This document shows, piece after piece, positions 43,130 through 54,092 of a DNA stretch of 64,000 bases. This DNA comes from Myxococcales bacterium (lineage in GTDB: Bacteria > Desulfobacterota > Binatia > HRBIN30): positions 42,633 to 106,632 of the forward strand of contig JBBILD010000011.1 in the NCBI GenBank assembly GCA_037445065.1. The letters run 5' to 3'. Within the stretch, counting starts at the first letter, position 1; each line of letters begins with the position of its first letter. Position numbers and translations under genes: made by a program. The notes beneath the pieces were generated by a model. That model did not search any database, had not been told where the DNA came from, and was given only the letters and a program-made list of their open reading frames with translations.

Positions 43130-43627
43130 TCACTGTGTTTCGCCTTTCTTCTCCCCTTCGGGCTCCTTCTTGGGCGCCGTGGGGGGAACGGGTGGCTCCT
43201 TCGGATCAACAAAAATGGTGATTTCATCGCGACCCCATCGGCCATCAACATCATCGATGCGGCAAGAGACTTTGTACTCACCTGGGCGCTTGAAGACGTG
43301 TACAGGCTCGCGTTCTTTCGAGGTGGTAGCGTCGCCGAAGTCCCAGTGAAACCGGGGCTTCTTGAGTTCCTCGCCCTCCAAGTCGAGCGTGAACTTCACC
43401 TTGAGCGGGGCTTCTCCCATGTCGGGTTCTGCCTCGACCCAAAAGAGGATTTTGTTGAGTAGCTCCAGGTCCGCCTCGCTGATCGTCGGCAGAGGAGAGG
43501 GGGACTGCTTCGGGGTCTGCTCCACCGGGGGGGCAGGGGTAGGTTGGGCAGCCTTCCCTGCCACCCCGAGCCCACACACCATGCATCCGAACAGCCATCC
43601 GGCACTGAGTTTTGTCCGCCAGCGCAT
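43130..43627 (-). CDS. Secreted PKD-domain protein
   Basis: Signal peptide, Pro-rich linker and PKD motif GEAPLKVKF..WDFGD..HVFKRPGEY. Confidence 0.8.
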   Translation of the reverse strand: MRWRTKLSAGWLFGCMVCGLGVAGKAAQPTPAPPVEQTPKQSPSPLPTISEADLELLNKILFWVEAEPDMGEAPLKVKFTLDLEGEELKKPRFHWDFGDATTSKEREPVHVFKRPGEYKVSCRIDDVDGRWGRDEITIFVDPKEPPVPPTAPKKEPEGEKKGETQ

Positions 43628-43733
43628 CCGCCTTTGACCTCCACAGTTTTGCGCGCGGCCTTTATCGGAAGGGCGTTGCTGGTACAAGGTACCGCCGCAG
43701 CGGGTACACGCCGATCGGGGAGTCTTCGCGCGC

Positions 43734-44765
43734 TCAGTGCTGCTGGCGAACCCGTTCTCCCGGTTTGTTCTTTGTGGGTGTTTCGTCCAGAAGGGCCAAG
43801 AGGCGCCGCGCTGCCTCGGTGGGAGTGAGGCGGTGGTCTCCGATGGCTGCCTCCAGTTCCGTGAGTACTCGCTTCACATCGCTGCGCGCAAGAAAATGCG
43901 CCACCACGCCATCTTCGACGAGGTCCCAGAACCATTTGCGCCATTGCGCTTCGCGCTTGCGGCGTAGCTCGCTCGCCTGCGCCAAGGTGTCGTGGTGGCG
44001 GCAAATGATCTCCCACACCGTGTCCATGCCTTTGCCGGTGAAGCCGCTGACCGTAATCACCGGCGGCTCCCAGACCGAGGAACTATGGCGAAAGAGGCGC
44101 AGTGCACTGCGGTACTCGGCCGCCGCGCGCTCCGCCGCCTGTACGTTCTCTCCGTCCGCTTTGTTGATGGCCAAGGCGTCCACCAACTCCAGAATTCCTT
44201 TTTTAATGCCCTGCAGTTCGTCGCCAGCACCAGCGAGCATCAGGACCAGAAAAAAGTCCACCATGGACGCAACCGTGAACTCCGATTGCCCCACCCCCAC
44301 GGTCTCGACCAGCACCACGTCGTAACCGGCAGCCTCGCACACTAGGATGGCCTCGCGGGTGCGCCGCGCGACGCCACCGAGTGAGCCCCCGGACGGACTG
44401 GGCCGTATGAAGGCCTGTGGTGCCACAGACAGCCGAGCCATTCGCGTCTTGTCGCCCAGGATGCTGCCGCCAGAGATTGCGCTCGACGGGTCCACCGCCA
44501 GCACAGCCACTTGCTTCCCTTGCGTGATCAAGTAGAGGCCGAAGGCTTCGATAAACGTGCTTTTGCCCACGCCCGGGACCCCGCTGATCCCGATGCGGAA
44601 GGACTTGCCCGTAAACGGCAACAGCAGCTCGAGCAGTCGCTGCGCCTGCTCCTGATGGTCGGCACGCGTGCTTTCCACCAGGGTAATCGCTTTCGCGAGC
44701 GCTCGCCGATCTCCACTGCGAACGCCTTCAGCAAGCGCTTCGACGGTGGAGATGGTACGGCTCAC
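43734..44765 (-). CDS. meaB: Methylmalonyl-CoA mutase-associated GTPase MeaB
   Basis: [31 protein letters not shown] and NKAD motifs; overlaps the mutase stop. Confidence 0.96.
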   Translation of the reverse strand: MSRTISTVEALAEGVRSGDRRALAKAITLVESTRADHQEQAQRLLELLLPFTGKSFRIGISGVPGVGKSTFIEAFGLYLITQGKQVAVLAVDPSSAISGGSILGDKTRMARLSVAPQAFIRPSPSGGSLGGVARRTREAILVCEAAGYDVVLVETVGVGQSEFTVASMVDFFLVLMLAGAGDELQGIKKGILELVDALAINKADGENVQAAERAAAEYRSALRLFRHSSSVWEPPVITVSGFTGKGMDTVWEIICRHHDTLAQASELRRKREAQWRKWFWDLVEDGVVAHFLARSDVKRVLTELEAAIGDHRLTPTEAARRLLALLDETPTKNKPGERVRQQH

Positions 44766-46933
44766 GCGTGGGCAACCTTGGATGTGGGTTCTGTTGCTTG
44801 GCGCACCAGTTCGAGCACCTGGCGCGCCGCCTTAGGGATCGGGGTGCCTGGTCCGAAAATCGCCTTGACACCGGCTTGGCGCAAAAAGGCGTAGTCCCGC
44901 GAGGGAATGATGCCACCGACGGTCACGATGATGTCGGAAGCGCCGAGCCGCTCGAGTTCCCGAATCAACTGTGGCACCAGCGTCTTATGGCCGCCCGATT
45001 GGGTCGAGATCCCCACCACATGAACGTCGTTTTCCACCGCTTGGCGGGCCACTTCTTCTGGGGTTTGGAAGAGGGTACCGATGTCCACGTCGAAGCCCAA
45101 GTCCGCGAACGCAGTGGCAATCACCTTGGCCCCGCGATCGTGACCGTCTTGCCCCACCTTGGCGACCAGAATGCGCGGCCGCCGGCCGTGCTCGTCGGCA
45201 AACCGCCGCACCTCTTCGCGCAGTGCTTCCCACTCCGGGTCCTGCCCGTATTCGCGCGCGTAAATGCCGGATACGGAGCGGATTTCCGGCTGGTATCGGC
45301 CCCACACCTTCTCGAGAGCAGCCGAAATCTCTCCCACCGTGGCACGAGCACGGGCCGCCTCGATGGCCAGGGCGAGCAGGTTCCCCTCGCCGCTTTCCGC
45401 GCAACGAGTGAGCGCAGCCAGCGCTGCCTCTACTTTGGCGCTGTCGCGCTTCGCGCGGATCTCTTTGAGGCGGGCAATCTGCTTCTCCCGCACGGCGGTG
45501 TTGTCAATCTCGCGAATGTCAATTTCCGGTTCTTCCGGAAGCCGGTACTTGTTGACTCCGACGATGATGTCCTCGCCGCGGTCAATGCGCGCCTGGCGGC
45601 GTGCGGCAGTTTCTTCGATGCGCAGCTTGGGCAGCCCCGCTTCGATTGCCTTCACCATGCCACCCATGGCTTCCACTTCCTCGATGATGTTCATCGCCTT
45701 GCGGGCCAAGGCGTGGGTGAGGGATTCCATGAAGTACGACCCGCCCCACGGGTCAATGACTTTGGGGATCCCCGTTTCGAGCTGGAGGATGAGCTGGGTG
45801 TTGCGAGCGATGCGGGCCGCGGTATCGCTCGGCAGGGCGATCGCCTCGTCGTACGAGTTCGTGTGTAAGCTTTGCGTGCCTCCGAACACGGCCGCCATCG
45901 CCTCGATGGTGGTACGTACGATGTTATTGAACGGGTCCTGCTCCGTGAGGCTTGCCCCGGAAGTTTGGCAGTGAGTCCGCAACATGAGAGAGGTGCGCTT
46001 CTTCGGTCGGAAGTGACGCTTCATCAGGGTCGCCCACAGCAAGCGTGCGGCACGCAGCTTGGCCACCTCCATGTAGAAGTTCATGCCGATTGCGAAGAAA
46101 AACGACAGACGCCCGGCGAACTCGTCAATGTCCAACCCCTTGGACAGTGCCGCGCGCACGTACTCCAGCCCGTCGGCCAGGGTGAATCCCAACTCGAGGT
46201 CGCACGTGGCTCCGGCTTCCTGCATGTGGTAGCCGGAAATCGAGATCGAGTTGAACTTGGGCATTTCCTTGGCGGTGAACTCGATGATGTCTGCCACGAT
46301 GCGCATCGAGGGCCCTGGCGGGTAGATGTACGTGTTGCGCACCATGAATTCCTTGAGAATGTCGTTTTGGATGGTGCCGGTCAGTTTCGAGCGGTGTACG
46401 CCTTGCTCTTCTCCGGCCACGATGAAGCTTGCCAGAACGGGCAGCACCGCACCGTTCATGGTCATGGACACGGACATCCGGTCCAGCGGCACTCCGTCGA
46501 ACAAGATCTTCATGTCCTCCACCGAGTCGATCGCGACCCCAGCTTTGCCGACGTCACCGACAACGCGGGGGTGATCGCTGTCATATCCGCGGTGGGTGGC
46601 CAAGTCGAAGGCCACCGAAAGCCCCATTTGCCCTTGCGCGAGGCAGGCGCGGTAGAACGCGTTCGACTCCTCGGCCGTGGAAAAGCCAGCGTACTGGCGG
46701 ATGGTCCAAGGCTTCTCCGCGTACATGGTTGCGCGCGGGCCCCGGATGAAGGGGAAGTCGCCCGGGATGGTGTCGAGAAAATCGAGCCCTTCTACGTCCG
46801 CCCGAGTGTACAGTGGCTTTACGTCAATCCCTTCGGGTGTATGCCAAACGAGTTCTTGCGGGTCGCGGCCCTTGCGCTCTTCGCGCGCAAGCTCCGCCCA
46901 TCGCTCGAGATTCGCTTTGTCTTGTGCCGCCAT
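44762..46933 (-). CDS. scpA: Methylmalonyl-CoA mutase (B12-dependent)
   Basis: WTIRQYAGF and KEFMVRNTY retain the Tyr/Arg specificity residues of MCM; B12-binding motif DGHDRG. Confidence 0.96.
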   Translation of the reverse strand: MAAQDKANLERWAELAREERKGRDPQELVWHTPEGIDVKPLYTRADVEGLDFLDTIPGDFPFIRGPRATMYAEKPWTIRQYAGFSTAEESNAFYRACLAQGQMGLSVAFDLATHRGYDSDHPRVVGDVGKAGVAIDSVEDMKILFDGVPLDRMSVSMTMNGAVLPVLASFIVAGEEQGVHRSKLTGTIQNDILKEFMVRNTYIYPPGPSMRIVADIIEFTAKEMPKFNSISISGYHMQEAGATCDLELGFTLADGLEYVRAALSKGLDIDEFAGRLSFFFAIGMNFYMEVAKLRAARLLWATLMKRHFRPKKRTSLMLRTHCQTSGASLTEQDPFNNIVRTTIEAMAAVFGGTQSLHTNSYDEAIALPSDTAARIARNTQLILQLETGIPKVIDPWGGSYFMESLTHALARKAMNIIEEVEAMGGMVKAIEAGLPKLRIEETAARRQARIDRGEDIIVGVNKYRLPEEPEIDIREIDNTAVREKQIARLKEIRAKRDSAKVEAALAALTRCAESGEGNLLALAIEAARARATVGEISAALEKVWGRYQPEIRSVSGIYAREYGQDPEWEALREEVRRFADEHGRRPRILVAKVGQDGHDRGAKVIATAFADLGFDVDIGTLFQTPEEVARQAVENDVHVVGISTQSGGHKTLVPQLIRELERLGASDIIVTVGGIIPSRDYAFLRQAGVKAIFGPGTPIPKAARQVLELVRQATEPTSKVAHA

Positions 46934-47061
46934 CGGTTTCTCCTCGTCCTGCCCGGCTGCGGAGGGCAAGAGGGCAGAGTGGTATCTAGGCCGAGGCTTC
47001 TAGCAATCAGCGGGAAGCGAGCAAACACGCCCGCCCTCCCAACCGCTGCACGGAAGCGGGG

Positions 47062-47307
47062 TCAAGCCTTGCGTTCGAGCACTTCTCGCTCGCCGTAGAG
47101 CTTGCGTACCCGGATCGTACTTGGCGGCGCCACCGCCAAGCACAGTTCGCAAAGTGTGCACTCGTCCAGATTTTTCTCCACGATTTCGAGCCGCTCCTGG
47201 GCTCCGAGGGCGAAGATATTGACCGGGCACACTTCCACTAATTTCCGCGCCAGTTCCGGGTTCCCGGCCACCTCGGGAGCGACTTCGACGTCAATGAATA
47301 GTGCCAT
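47062..47307 (-). CDS. Small ferredoxin with a single 4Fe-4S site
   Basis: CPVN plus CTLCELC gives four Cys; ligands for a second cluster are absent. Confidence 0.75.
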   Translation of the reverse strand: MALFIDVEVAPEVAGNPELARKLVEVCPVNIFALGAQERLEIVEKNLDECTLCELCLAVAPPSTIRVRKLYGEREVLERKA

Positions 47308-47335
47308 GGAGTGTCCTCTCCTGCAGGAGTTGCCG

Positions 47336-48235
47336 TCACATCCCGAGCCGCTGTTTCACGAGTGCGGGGATGTCCTCGATGCGCTCGGCAATGGAAATGC
47401 CTGCTGCCTGCATGCGCGCGATCTTTTCTGCCGTGGTGTCTGCCTTCCCCTCGACGATCGTGCCGGCATGACCGAAACGCATCCCGGGCATCTCGTCCAT
47501 AAAACGGCCCGCCATGAAGGCCACGATCGGCAAGCGGCTCTTCTTCTCCACGACGTATTGGGCCAGCTCGGCCTCCATTCGTCCTCCCGGCTCGCAGTAA
47601 ATCACGATGGCGCGAGTTTCCGGGTCCGCCTCAAATAGGGGCATCAAGTCGGCATACGTGGAACCGATGATTGCGTCCCCCCCGATCGAGACCGCAGTGG
47701 ACTGCCCCAGGCCTGCCGCGCTCAGGGTATTGCACATTTCTGTCGTCATACCGCCCGAGCGCGACATCACTCCCACGAAGCCCTTCTTGAAGGCCTTACG
47801 CGCATCCTCCGCTCGCCCGCCGAGACCTCCCATTTTCGCTTCGTCCGGAGAAAGAATTCCCAAACAGTTTGGCCCGATGATTCGCGCCCCGCGCTGGCGC
47901 GCCAGCTCCACCATTTGCGCTACCTCGTAGCGGGGGATCCGCTCGGTCACGATGACGATAAGCTTGATGCCGGCGTCCAGCGCTTCGAACACCGCGTCGC
48001 GCGTGAAGGCTGGCGGCACCGCCACCACCGTGCCATCTACCCGCGTGCGTGAAGTGACCTGCCGGACCGTATCGTACACGGGAACCCCGTACACTTCGCG
48101 TCCCCCTCGCCCTGGGGTGACCCCGCCCACGATCTTCGAACCGTAATCGAGACACTCCCGGGTCATGTTTACCGCTTCGCGACCCGTGATGCCTTGAATA
48201 ATGAACGTCGTGTCTTTGGTGATCAGGATGGACAT
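47336..48235 (-). CDS. Acid-thiol (CoA) ligase alpha subunit, SucD/CcsB-like
   Basis: QGITGR, GVTPG, IIGPNCLG, SRSGGM, IGGD and phospho-His motif FGHAG. Confidence 0.88.
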   Translation of the reverse strand: MSILITKDTTFIIQGITGREAVNMTRECLDYGSKIVGGVTPGRGGREVYGVPVYDTVRQVTSRTRVDGTVVAVPPAFTRDAVFEALDAGIKLIVIVTERIPRYEVAQMVELARQRGARIIGPNCLGILSPDEAKMGGLGGRAEDARKAFKKGFVGVMSRSGGMTTEMCNTLSAAGLGQSTAVSIGGDAIIGSTYADLMPLFEADPETRAIVIYCEPGGRMEAELAQYVVEKKSRLPIVAFMAGRFMDEMPGMRFGHAGTIVEGKADTTAEKIARMQAAGISIAERIEDIPALVKQRLGM

Positions 48236-48237
48236 CG

Positions 48238-49446
48238 TCAGCCCTCGCGCATTTTTGCGACGGCGCGGCCTGCAGCCTCGTACATCGAGACCGTGCGGTC
48301 GCAGTACTCCACTCCGTAGTCCCGCAAGATCTTGAATCCTTCGTTCTCCCAAGATCCGGGAATGCGGAAAATCGCGATCTTGTCCGCGGGCCGGAAACCC
48401 GACTCAATCACGCCTTTGATCACGCCGCGGGCCACGAGGTCTACCCGCGTGTTGGAGACCACGTTCATCATCACCGCGATTTTCTTGACCCCGGGCTTCG
48501 ACAAGATCAGCTTGGTCAGAGCACAGGTCTTGGCCACACTGGGATTGCCGCCGATCTCGCAGTAATTGGCGGGCCGCCCGCCGTGCTTGCGAATCGCGTC
48601 GAACAGGGTCAGCGACCCTCCGCCGGCGCCAATAATGAGGCCGAGGTCCCCGTCGAACTCTACCACGTTCCCTGCCACCCCGCGCGGGTCGGACGCGTCA
48701 ATTTGCGCTCCTCGGACTTCGAACTCGGTCGGCGGGCGCGCTTGGCGCTTCTCCTCGGGAGAAATCCCGAGTTCTTCCAGTAAGGCACGTTGCGACTCCT
48801 TGGCGTCGTCCTCGAGGTCCACGTGCCCGTCGAGGCAAACGAAACGCCCATCTTCGAGTCGCGCCAGAGGGTTGATCTCGGCCAGGGTGAGGTGGTGCGC
48901 TTGGAAGCAACGCGCCAACTGTGCCGCGATGTGAGTGAGCCGCACTAGGTGCGTACCGCGAATCCCCAAGGAGGCAATCAGCTCCTTTGCCATGTAGTCC
49001 GAAAACGGTTGGATGGTCGAGAAGTGGCGCTTGGCGATATGCTCCGGGTGCTTTTCAGCGACTTCTTCCACGTCAATGCCACCCATGTCGCTGAACACCA
49101 TGACCGGGAGCCGAGCAAAGCCATCCCAAGTCACTCCCAGGTAGTACTCCTGGGCGACCGGTGCGCGGCCTTCGACGAGTACACCCCGCGGGGTGTGGCC
49201 CTTGATCACGAGGCGCAAGATTTTCCCCGCCGCGTGCGCTGCCTCGCTGGGCGTTTCGGCGAACAAGACGCCACCCGCTTTCATCCGGCCCCCGGTCAGC
49301 ACTTGTGCCTTCAGCACCACCGGGCCGCCGATCTCCTCCGCAATTGCGGCGGCTGCTTCGGGTGACTCCGCTACCCGAGAGCCGGTCGGTAACGGGATGC
49401 CATACTTACCGAATAGCTTTTTCGCCTCGAACTCGTAGAAACGCAT
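48238..49446 (-). CDS. Acid-thiol (CoA) ligase beta subunit, SucC/CcsA-like (ATP-grasp)
   Basis: YEFEAK, KAQVLTGGRMKAGG, GGIDVEE, EINPL, GAGGGS and ANYCEIGGNP motifs. Confidence 0.88.
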   Translation of the reverse strand: MRFYEFEAKKLFGKYGIPLPTGSRVAESPEAAAAIAEEIGGPVVLKAQVLTGGRMKAGGVLFAETPSEAAHAAGKILRLVIKGHTPRGVLVEGRAPVAQEYYLGVTWDGFARLPVMVFSDMGGIDVEEVAEKHPEHIAKRHFSTIQPFSDYMAKELIASLGIRGTHLVRLTHIAAQLARCFQAHHLTLAEINPLARLEDGRFVCLDGHVDLEDDAKESQRALLEELGISPEEKRQARPPTEFEVRGAQIDASDPRGVAGNVVEFDGDLGLIIGAGGGSLTLFDAIRKHGGRPANYCEIGGNPSVAKTCALTKLILSKPGVKKIAVMMNVVSNTRVDLVARGVIKGVIESGFRPADKIAIFRIPGSWENEGFKILRDYGVEYCDRTVSMYEAAGRAVAKMREG

Positions 49447-49613
49447 GCCCTCGCTCCTCGCCGTTGCGCCGGAAAGCGCCTCGCGCCTAGCCAACTCGCT
49501 CCTTTGCGTCAACGCGCGGGAGGCGGTGCCCGTCGCCCTCACTGGCTGGAGTCGTTTCCAGTGCGGTGGTAACTACGGGCGGAACCACGGTGAGCAACGG
49601 AAAGGACTGGACA

Positions 49614-51278
49614 ATGACTCGATCCCTCGAGCAGCCCTTCGAGCTGCAAGCGACACAGCAGATCATTGACGCGAGCGCCGCGGTCGTGGATGCAGCTTTG
49701 GCCGCGGCACGCGAACGAACCGCGCGCGGTCAAGAGATCGACCGCGCGCAGCCTCACTGCGAGCGCCTTGCATACGCGGCAACCGAAGTGCGAGCCGCGC
49801 GGGATTTGCTGGCCTACGTTCAGCAAGCCGCCGCTGCCGGCGAACAGACGGCCATCCTCCAGGACATGGCCGCCCTGTTTGCTGCGGAAGTGGCGCAAAA
49901 GCTGGCGAGCCAGGTGGACGCTCATTGGCACGATTTTGGGGTGAGTAGCGAGCACTACCGCGCCACCTTGGAAGCGCCGGAAACCAAAGCGTTGTTGCGG
50001 GCTGCTCTCGAGGACGCACGTGTTTGTGCCATCGGCCGGCATGTCATTGCCACCCGTGGCGCCAATCACTGCTGGCTGGACAGCGACCTCGCCGTGATGA
50101 CCCGTGACTCGGTGCGGCAGTTTGCCGAAGCCGAGGTGCTTCCGATCGCAGAACGGATCCACCGCCACGATGAGATCGTCCCCGACGACCTGATTCAAAA
50201 GATGGCTGAACTCGGCTTTTTCGGCATGTCGGTTCCCGAACAATACGGCGGAGGGGGCATGGGCAATCTGCCCATGATCCTGACCACCGAGGAACTCTCG
50301 CGCTGCTCCTTGGCTGCGGCAGGAAGTTTGATCACGCGACCAGAGATCCTCACCAAGGCGCTGCTCAAGGGTGGTACCGAGGAGCAGAAGAAGCGCTGGC
50401 TGCCGCCGATCGCGCGCGGCGAAATCATGGTGGCGATCTCTGTGACGGAGCCCGATACCGGTTCGGACGTGGCCTCTATCAAGTGCCGCGCCGAAGAGGC
50501 CGAAGTGAATGGGCAGCGGGGATACGTGATCAATGGTGCGAAGGCCTGGTGTACGTTTGCCGGACGTGCCAATGTGCTCGCGCTGCTCGCCCGCACCGAC
50601 CCCGATCCGCGAAAAGGGGCGCGCGGGCTGTCGCTGTTCATTGTTCCGAAAGATCCCTTTTACGGCCACACGTTCGAAATGCGCCAGCCGTCGGGAGGGC
50701 TGTTGGTGGGTAAAGCGGATGCGACCCCGGGCTACCGCGGGATGCATTCTTTTACCTTGAGCTTCGAGAATTACTTCGTGCCAGCGGAAAACCTGGTGGG
50801 TGGCGAGGCCCAGAAGAACAAAGGCTTTTACTTGCAGATGGCCGGCTTTGCGGCGGGCCGGCTGCAAACGGGTGGCCGCGCGACTGGTTTGGCGCAGGCT
50901 GCGCTGGAGCGCACCGCGGAGTACGCCAATGACCGCAAGCAGTTTGGCCGCCCGATCGGCGACTTTTTGCTCACCCAATACAAGCTCGGGCGCATGGCCA
51001 CCCACATTATGGCGGCGCGCCAACTCACTTACGCAGCGGCGCGCAAGATGGACGAGGACGAATCTGCCGCCCTCGAGCCCGCCATGGCCAAGCTCCTCGC
51101 ATCCGATGTGGCAGTGTGGGCCACGCAAGAAGGCCAGTTGCTACACGGTGGCTGGGGATACGCCGAAGAGTTTCCCATTTCGCGCTACGTGGTTGACGCG
51201 TTAGTGCTGCCGATTTTCGAGGGAGTCAAACCGATCCTGGAACTCAAGGTAATTGCCCGGCAGTTGCTTGCCGCCTAG
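49614..51278 (+). CDS. Acyl-CoA dehydrogenase with N-terminal extension, methylsuccinyl-CoA-dehydrogenase-like
   Basis: About 550 aa; EELSR..GSLITRPEI, TEPDTGSD, GYRGM, HGGWGYAEE and IFEG motifs; AAAGGA ribosome-binding site. Confidence 0.85.
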   Translation: MTRSLEQPFELQATQQIIDASAAVVDAALAAARERTARGQEIDRAQPHCERLAYAATEVRAARDLLAYVQQAAAAGEQTAILQDMAALFAAEVAQKLASQVDAHWHDFGVSSEHYRATLEAPETKALLRAALEDARVCAIGRHVIATRGANHCWLDSDLAVMTRDSVRQFAEAEVLPIAERIHRHDEIVPDDLIQKMAELGFFGMSVPEQYGGGGMGNLPMILTTEELSRCSLAAAGSLITRPEILTKALLKGGTEEQKKRWLPPIARGEIMVAISVTEPDTGSDVASIKCRAEEAEVNGQRGYVINGAKAWCTFAGRANVLALLARTDPDPRKGARGLSLFIVPKDPFYGHTFEMRQPSGGLLVGKADATPGYRGMHSFTLSFENYFVPAENLVGGEAQKNKGFYLQMAGFAAGRLQTGGRATGLAQAALERTAEYANDRKQFGRPIGDFLLTQYKLGRMATHIMAARQLTYAAARKMDEDESAALEPAMAKLLASDVAVWATQEGQLLHGGWGYAEEFPISRYVVDALVLPIFEGVKPILELKVIARQLLAA

Positions 51279-51292
51279 GTGTGCGGCGGGGG

Positions 51293-52582
51293 TCACTCGA
51301 TCCGGCTCACCCGGCCTCCATCATCGGCGACGAAGAGCACGGTGCGGTCAGGTGCGGCGGCACTGACCGCCACTCCGCCGCGGATCGCCGCGCCTACGGG
51401 GATCGTCTGCGTGCCGCCCACTTGTGGGCCTGCATCTTCGATGACGTACACGTTGCCGTCCATGCTTGCAGCCACGACCGAGCGGCCAGCGCTGTGCACG
51501 AGCACCCCCAGTGGCGCGTGGATCGCTCCCGGCAAGCTGTGACTCCAAACTACCGCACCGCTGCTGGTGTCAACCGAGTGCACCTCGCCCGTGGTGGTTG
51601 CGATGTAGAGCCGGTCTCCTGCCAACGCCGGCGCCGCGAGCACCTGGGGTTCTCCCCCGCCAGCTCCGACGGGCAGAGCCACGTTGTAGCGGAGTTGGCC
51701 TGTGGCAGCGTCTACCTTGAACAGCCGCCCGTTGGTGTCGACCGCAAACACCGCTTCCCCGTCCGGTCCTCCCTCATCCGTTGCGATCACCGGCCCTCCG
51801 GCGACCGGGGCACTCGTGCTCACCGTCCACAGTAAGAATCCGTCGTTGCGGGTCATGCGCAAAGTGCGGTCCTCACCGGCCCACACCACGTTCCCACCCG
51901 CACTGACGGCAGGACTTGTCGTGAAGGGAGCGATGGCAGTGCCGAGGAAACGCAGGACGCCGTTGGGACAAATCCCCACTTCGTTGCGCGCGAGCGTGCC
52001 GGCATAAATTGTTCCGTCGGTGGGGCTCAGAGACAGCGACCGCCCGACCGCGCCACCCACGTTGAAGGGAAAGAACCCGGGCTGCTTGGCCCCCGTTTGG
52101 TCGATGGCGAAGACGAAACCTGACTCCGAACCGAAAAACAGCGCTTCTTGCCCAGAACGAACACCAACGAGAGCGGTGGTACGAACCGAGAGGGCGCCAG
52201 TGAAGTTGAAGCGGCTCGGGTCCAACCTGGCCAGCGTTCCAGTGTCCAGCGCGTAGAGCTGGCCGTCGGTGTTGCCAGCGTACAGCACGGCATCGAGCGG
52301 TTGGTCGCTTGGCTGCCCGTTGCCCAGTACGGGTTGTACGACAAACGGCGACGGCGGCGTCGTTTCAAACTGGGCGACGATGGTCGCGTTCAAGCGAACC
52401 GGCGCGGCGGTGATGGCCCCTGTGTTCTGGCTGTCTCTTTGGTATTTGGGCCAGCTCGAGCGGGCCAGGGTTGCGGGGTTCTGAAAACTGCACCGCGTCC
52501 CCCCGCCGGAGTCGCAGCCGGTTAGGCAAATCACGACGGACAAGGTAGCGCTGGCGAGAGCACGGATGCTTGGTCGGTTCAT
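51293..52582 (-). CDS. PQQ-like (BamB-type) beta-propeller lipoprotein
   Basis: Lipobox LTGC, WPKYQRDSQNTG, repeated DGxLYALD/W blades. Confidence 0.8.
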   Translation of the reverse strand: MNRPSIRALASATLSVVICLTGCDSGGGTRCSFQNPATLARSSWPKYQRDSQNTGAITAAPVRLNATIVAQFETTPPSPFVVQPVLGNGQPSDQPLDAVLYAGNTDGQLYALDTGTLARLDPSRFNFTGALSVRTTALVGVRSGQEALFFGSESGFVFAIDQTGAKQPGFFPFNVGGAVGRSLSLSPTDGTIYAGTLARNEVGICPNGVLRFLGTAIAPFTTSPAVSAGGNVVWAGEDRTLRMTRNDGFLLWTVSTSAPVAGGPVIATDEGGPDGEAVFAVDTNGRLFKVDAATGQLRYNVALPVGAGGGEPQVLAAPALAGDRLYIATTTGEVHSVDTSSGAVVWSHSLPGAIHAPLGVLVHSAGRSVVAASMDGNVYVIEDAGPQVGGTQTIPVGAAIRGGVAVSAAAPDRTVLFVADDGGRVSRIE

Positions 52583-54075
52583 TGGGTTCCAACTCGGTAC
52601 AGATACCCGTCATCCGCCCCCACCCAGATGGTGCCGTCGAAGTCAACCGCGGCGGAGGAACGAATGGCGGCGCTGGTAAGCTGCAGCGGAGGCCACGCCG
52701 GCAAGCCGGTACCGTTGTCGAGGGCGTAGAGGATCCCAGCGGTCGTGCCGAACACCAGGTACCCGTCGGAGGAGAGCGCTGGCGAAGACAGCACCACCCC
52801 CTCGACTGCCTGCTGAACATCGCCGAGCGGGGCATCTCGACCATCACCGCCGCGCACGGCAATGATCCGCCCATCCTTTGTAACCCCAAACAACACCGAC
52901 TGCAGTGACGGTGGAGTCGCTGTCGGAGAGGCGGTTGCCGTGGGGCTCGGCGACGCCTGTGGAACCGGGGTTGTGTCTGGGACTGGGCTCGGGGTGGGGG
53001 TTGCGGTCGCAATGGAGAGCGTGACAGTTGGAGTGAGCGTGGGAGTTTCCGTCGGCAATAACTGGGCTCCGAGAGCGAGCGAGGCAGCAAAACTCGCCTC
53101 AGGGAAGACCCGGAGCCAGAGTGTCCCGGAGCCGTCGGGGGCGAGCGCACGGATGGTCCCATCGCTCGTGTTGGCGTAAAACGCAGTCGTACTCACCACA
53201 GGGGCCAGTGCGACCGGTGTATCGGGGTCGGTGCCGGGCCCCACCTTCGAACGCCAGCGCAAGACGCCGCCTTCGAGCGCGGCGAGAAGATGCCAGTGGC
53301 CGTCGCTCGAGGCAACCAGCACGCCGTTGCCGAGGGCCAAAGCGGGAGACGACAAAAAAGGGGTTGGATAGGACCCAGACTGGGGGTAGCGCCAGAGTAC
53401 GTCGCCGGCTGGGCTCACCGCCCACACGATGCCTTGCTCCGTATCGGAGCTCGCCGCGGTTCGCACCGCAGCGGGGATTATGACTTGCACCGGCCGCCCG
53501 GTCACACTGTGGACCACCAGCAAGGGAGGTGCGGAAAACCGCGCCTGCGCCACTTCTCCGTTGCGCGCTGGGTCGAAACACAACGTACAGGTGGGTCCTT
53601 CCGCCCGGTCCTCGACGGCATAGAGGCGACCTTGCTCGCTGCCAAAATACACGACCGTGGGGCCACCCGGCGGAGCAAAGAGCGTCGGCGAGGAGAGAAC
53701 TTCTCCGAGCCCCGGGTTCTCGGCCGGGCAAGCCTCGCAGGTCTCCACTCGCCAGCGTACCTCGCCGCTCGCCGCCGCGGAGAGAAGCGTCCCCGCTCGG
53801 GAAGCTACGTAGACCACGCCGTCAATTCCGATGGCAGGCGAAGAAATGACGGGACTGAGAGGCTCGCGCGCGTCTACCGGGATCGCCAGAGGAGTGGCAC
53901 GCGCTGCCGCTACGTTTCCAGAACCCTGTCCTGTGTGTGCGCTGTCGTGCCGGAAGCGAGGCCAAGCGGCTGAGGGGACCGTCGGCAGGCCAGAGTTCCC
54001 GGAGTTACATCCCAGCAAGGCAATCGCCAGAAAACCGAAGCAAATCCACGAGTGGCGCGTTGTGCGTATTCTCAT
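52579..54075 (-). CDS. PQQ-like beta-propeller lipoprotein with internal Pro/Thr insert
   Basis: Lipobox LLGC, WPRFRHDSAHTG, repeated SSPA..DG blades; ATGA overlap with the next gene. Confidence 0.8.
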   Translation of the reverse strand: MRIRTTRHSWICFGFLAIALLGCNSGNSGLPTVPSAAWPRFRHDSAHTGQGSGNVAAARATPLAIPVDAREPLSPVISSPAIGIDGVVYVASRAGTLLSAAASGEVRWRVETCEACPAENPGLGEVLSSPTLFAPPGGPTVVYFGSEQGRLYAVEDRAEGPTCTLCFDPARNGEVAQARFSAPPLLVVHSVTGRPVQVIIPAAVRTAASSDTEQGIVWAVSPAGDVLWRYPQSGSYPTPFLSSPALALGNGVLVASSDGHWHLLAALEGGVLRWRSKVGPGTDPDTPVALAPVVSTTAFYANTSDGTIRALAPDGSGTLWLRVFPEASFAASLALGAQLLPTETPTLTPTVTLSIATATPTPSPVPDTTPVPQASPSPTATASPTATPPSLQSVLFGVTKDGRIIAVRGGDGRDAPLGDVQQAVEGVVLSSPALSSDGYLVFGTTAGILYALDNGTGLPAWPPLQLTSAAIRSSAAVDFDGTIWVGADDGYLYRVGTQ

Positions 54076-54092
54076 TTCCGCTGTACCGAACC

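Noticed and set aside
44762..46933. Mutase as ethylmalonyl-CoA or isobutyryl-CoA mutase
   Set aside because: It retains the Tyr (RQYAGF) and Arg (MVRNTY) typical of methylmalonyl-CoA mutase
44768..51128. Long antisense ORFs opposite the mutase and the acyl-CoA dehydrogenase (366-529 aa)
   Set aside because: Same shadow-frame artefact
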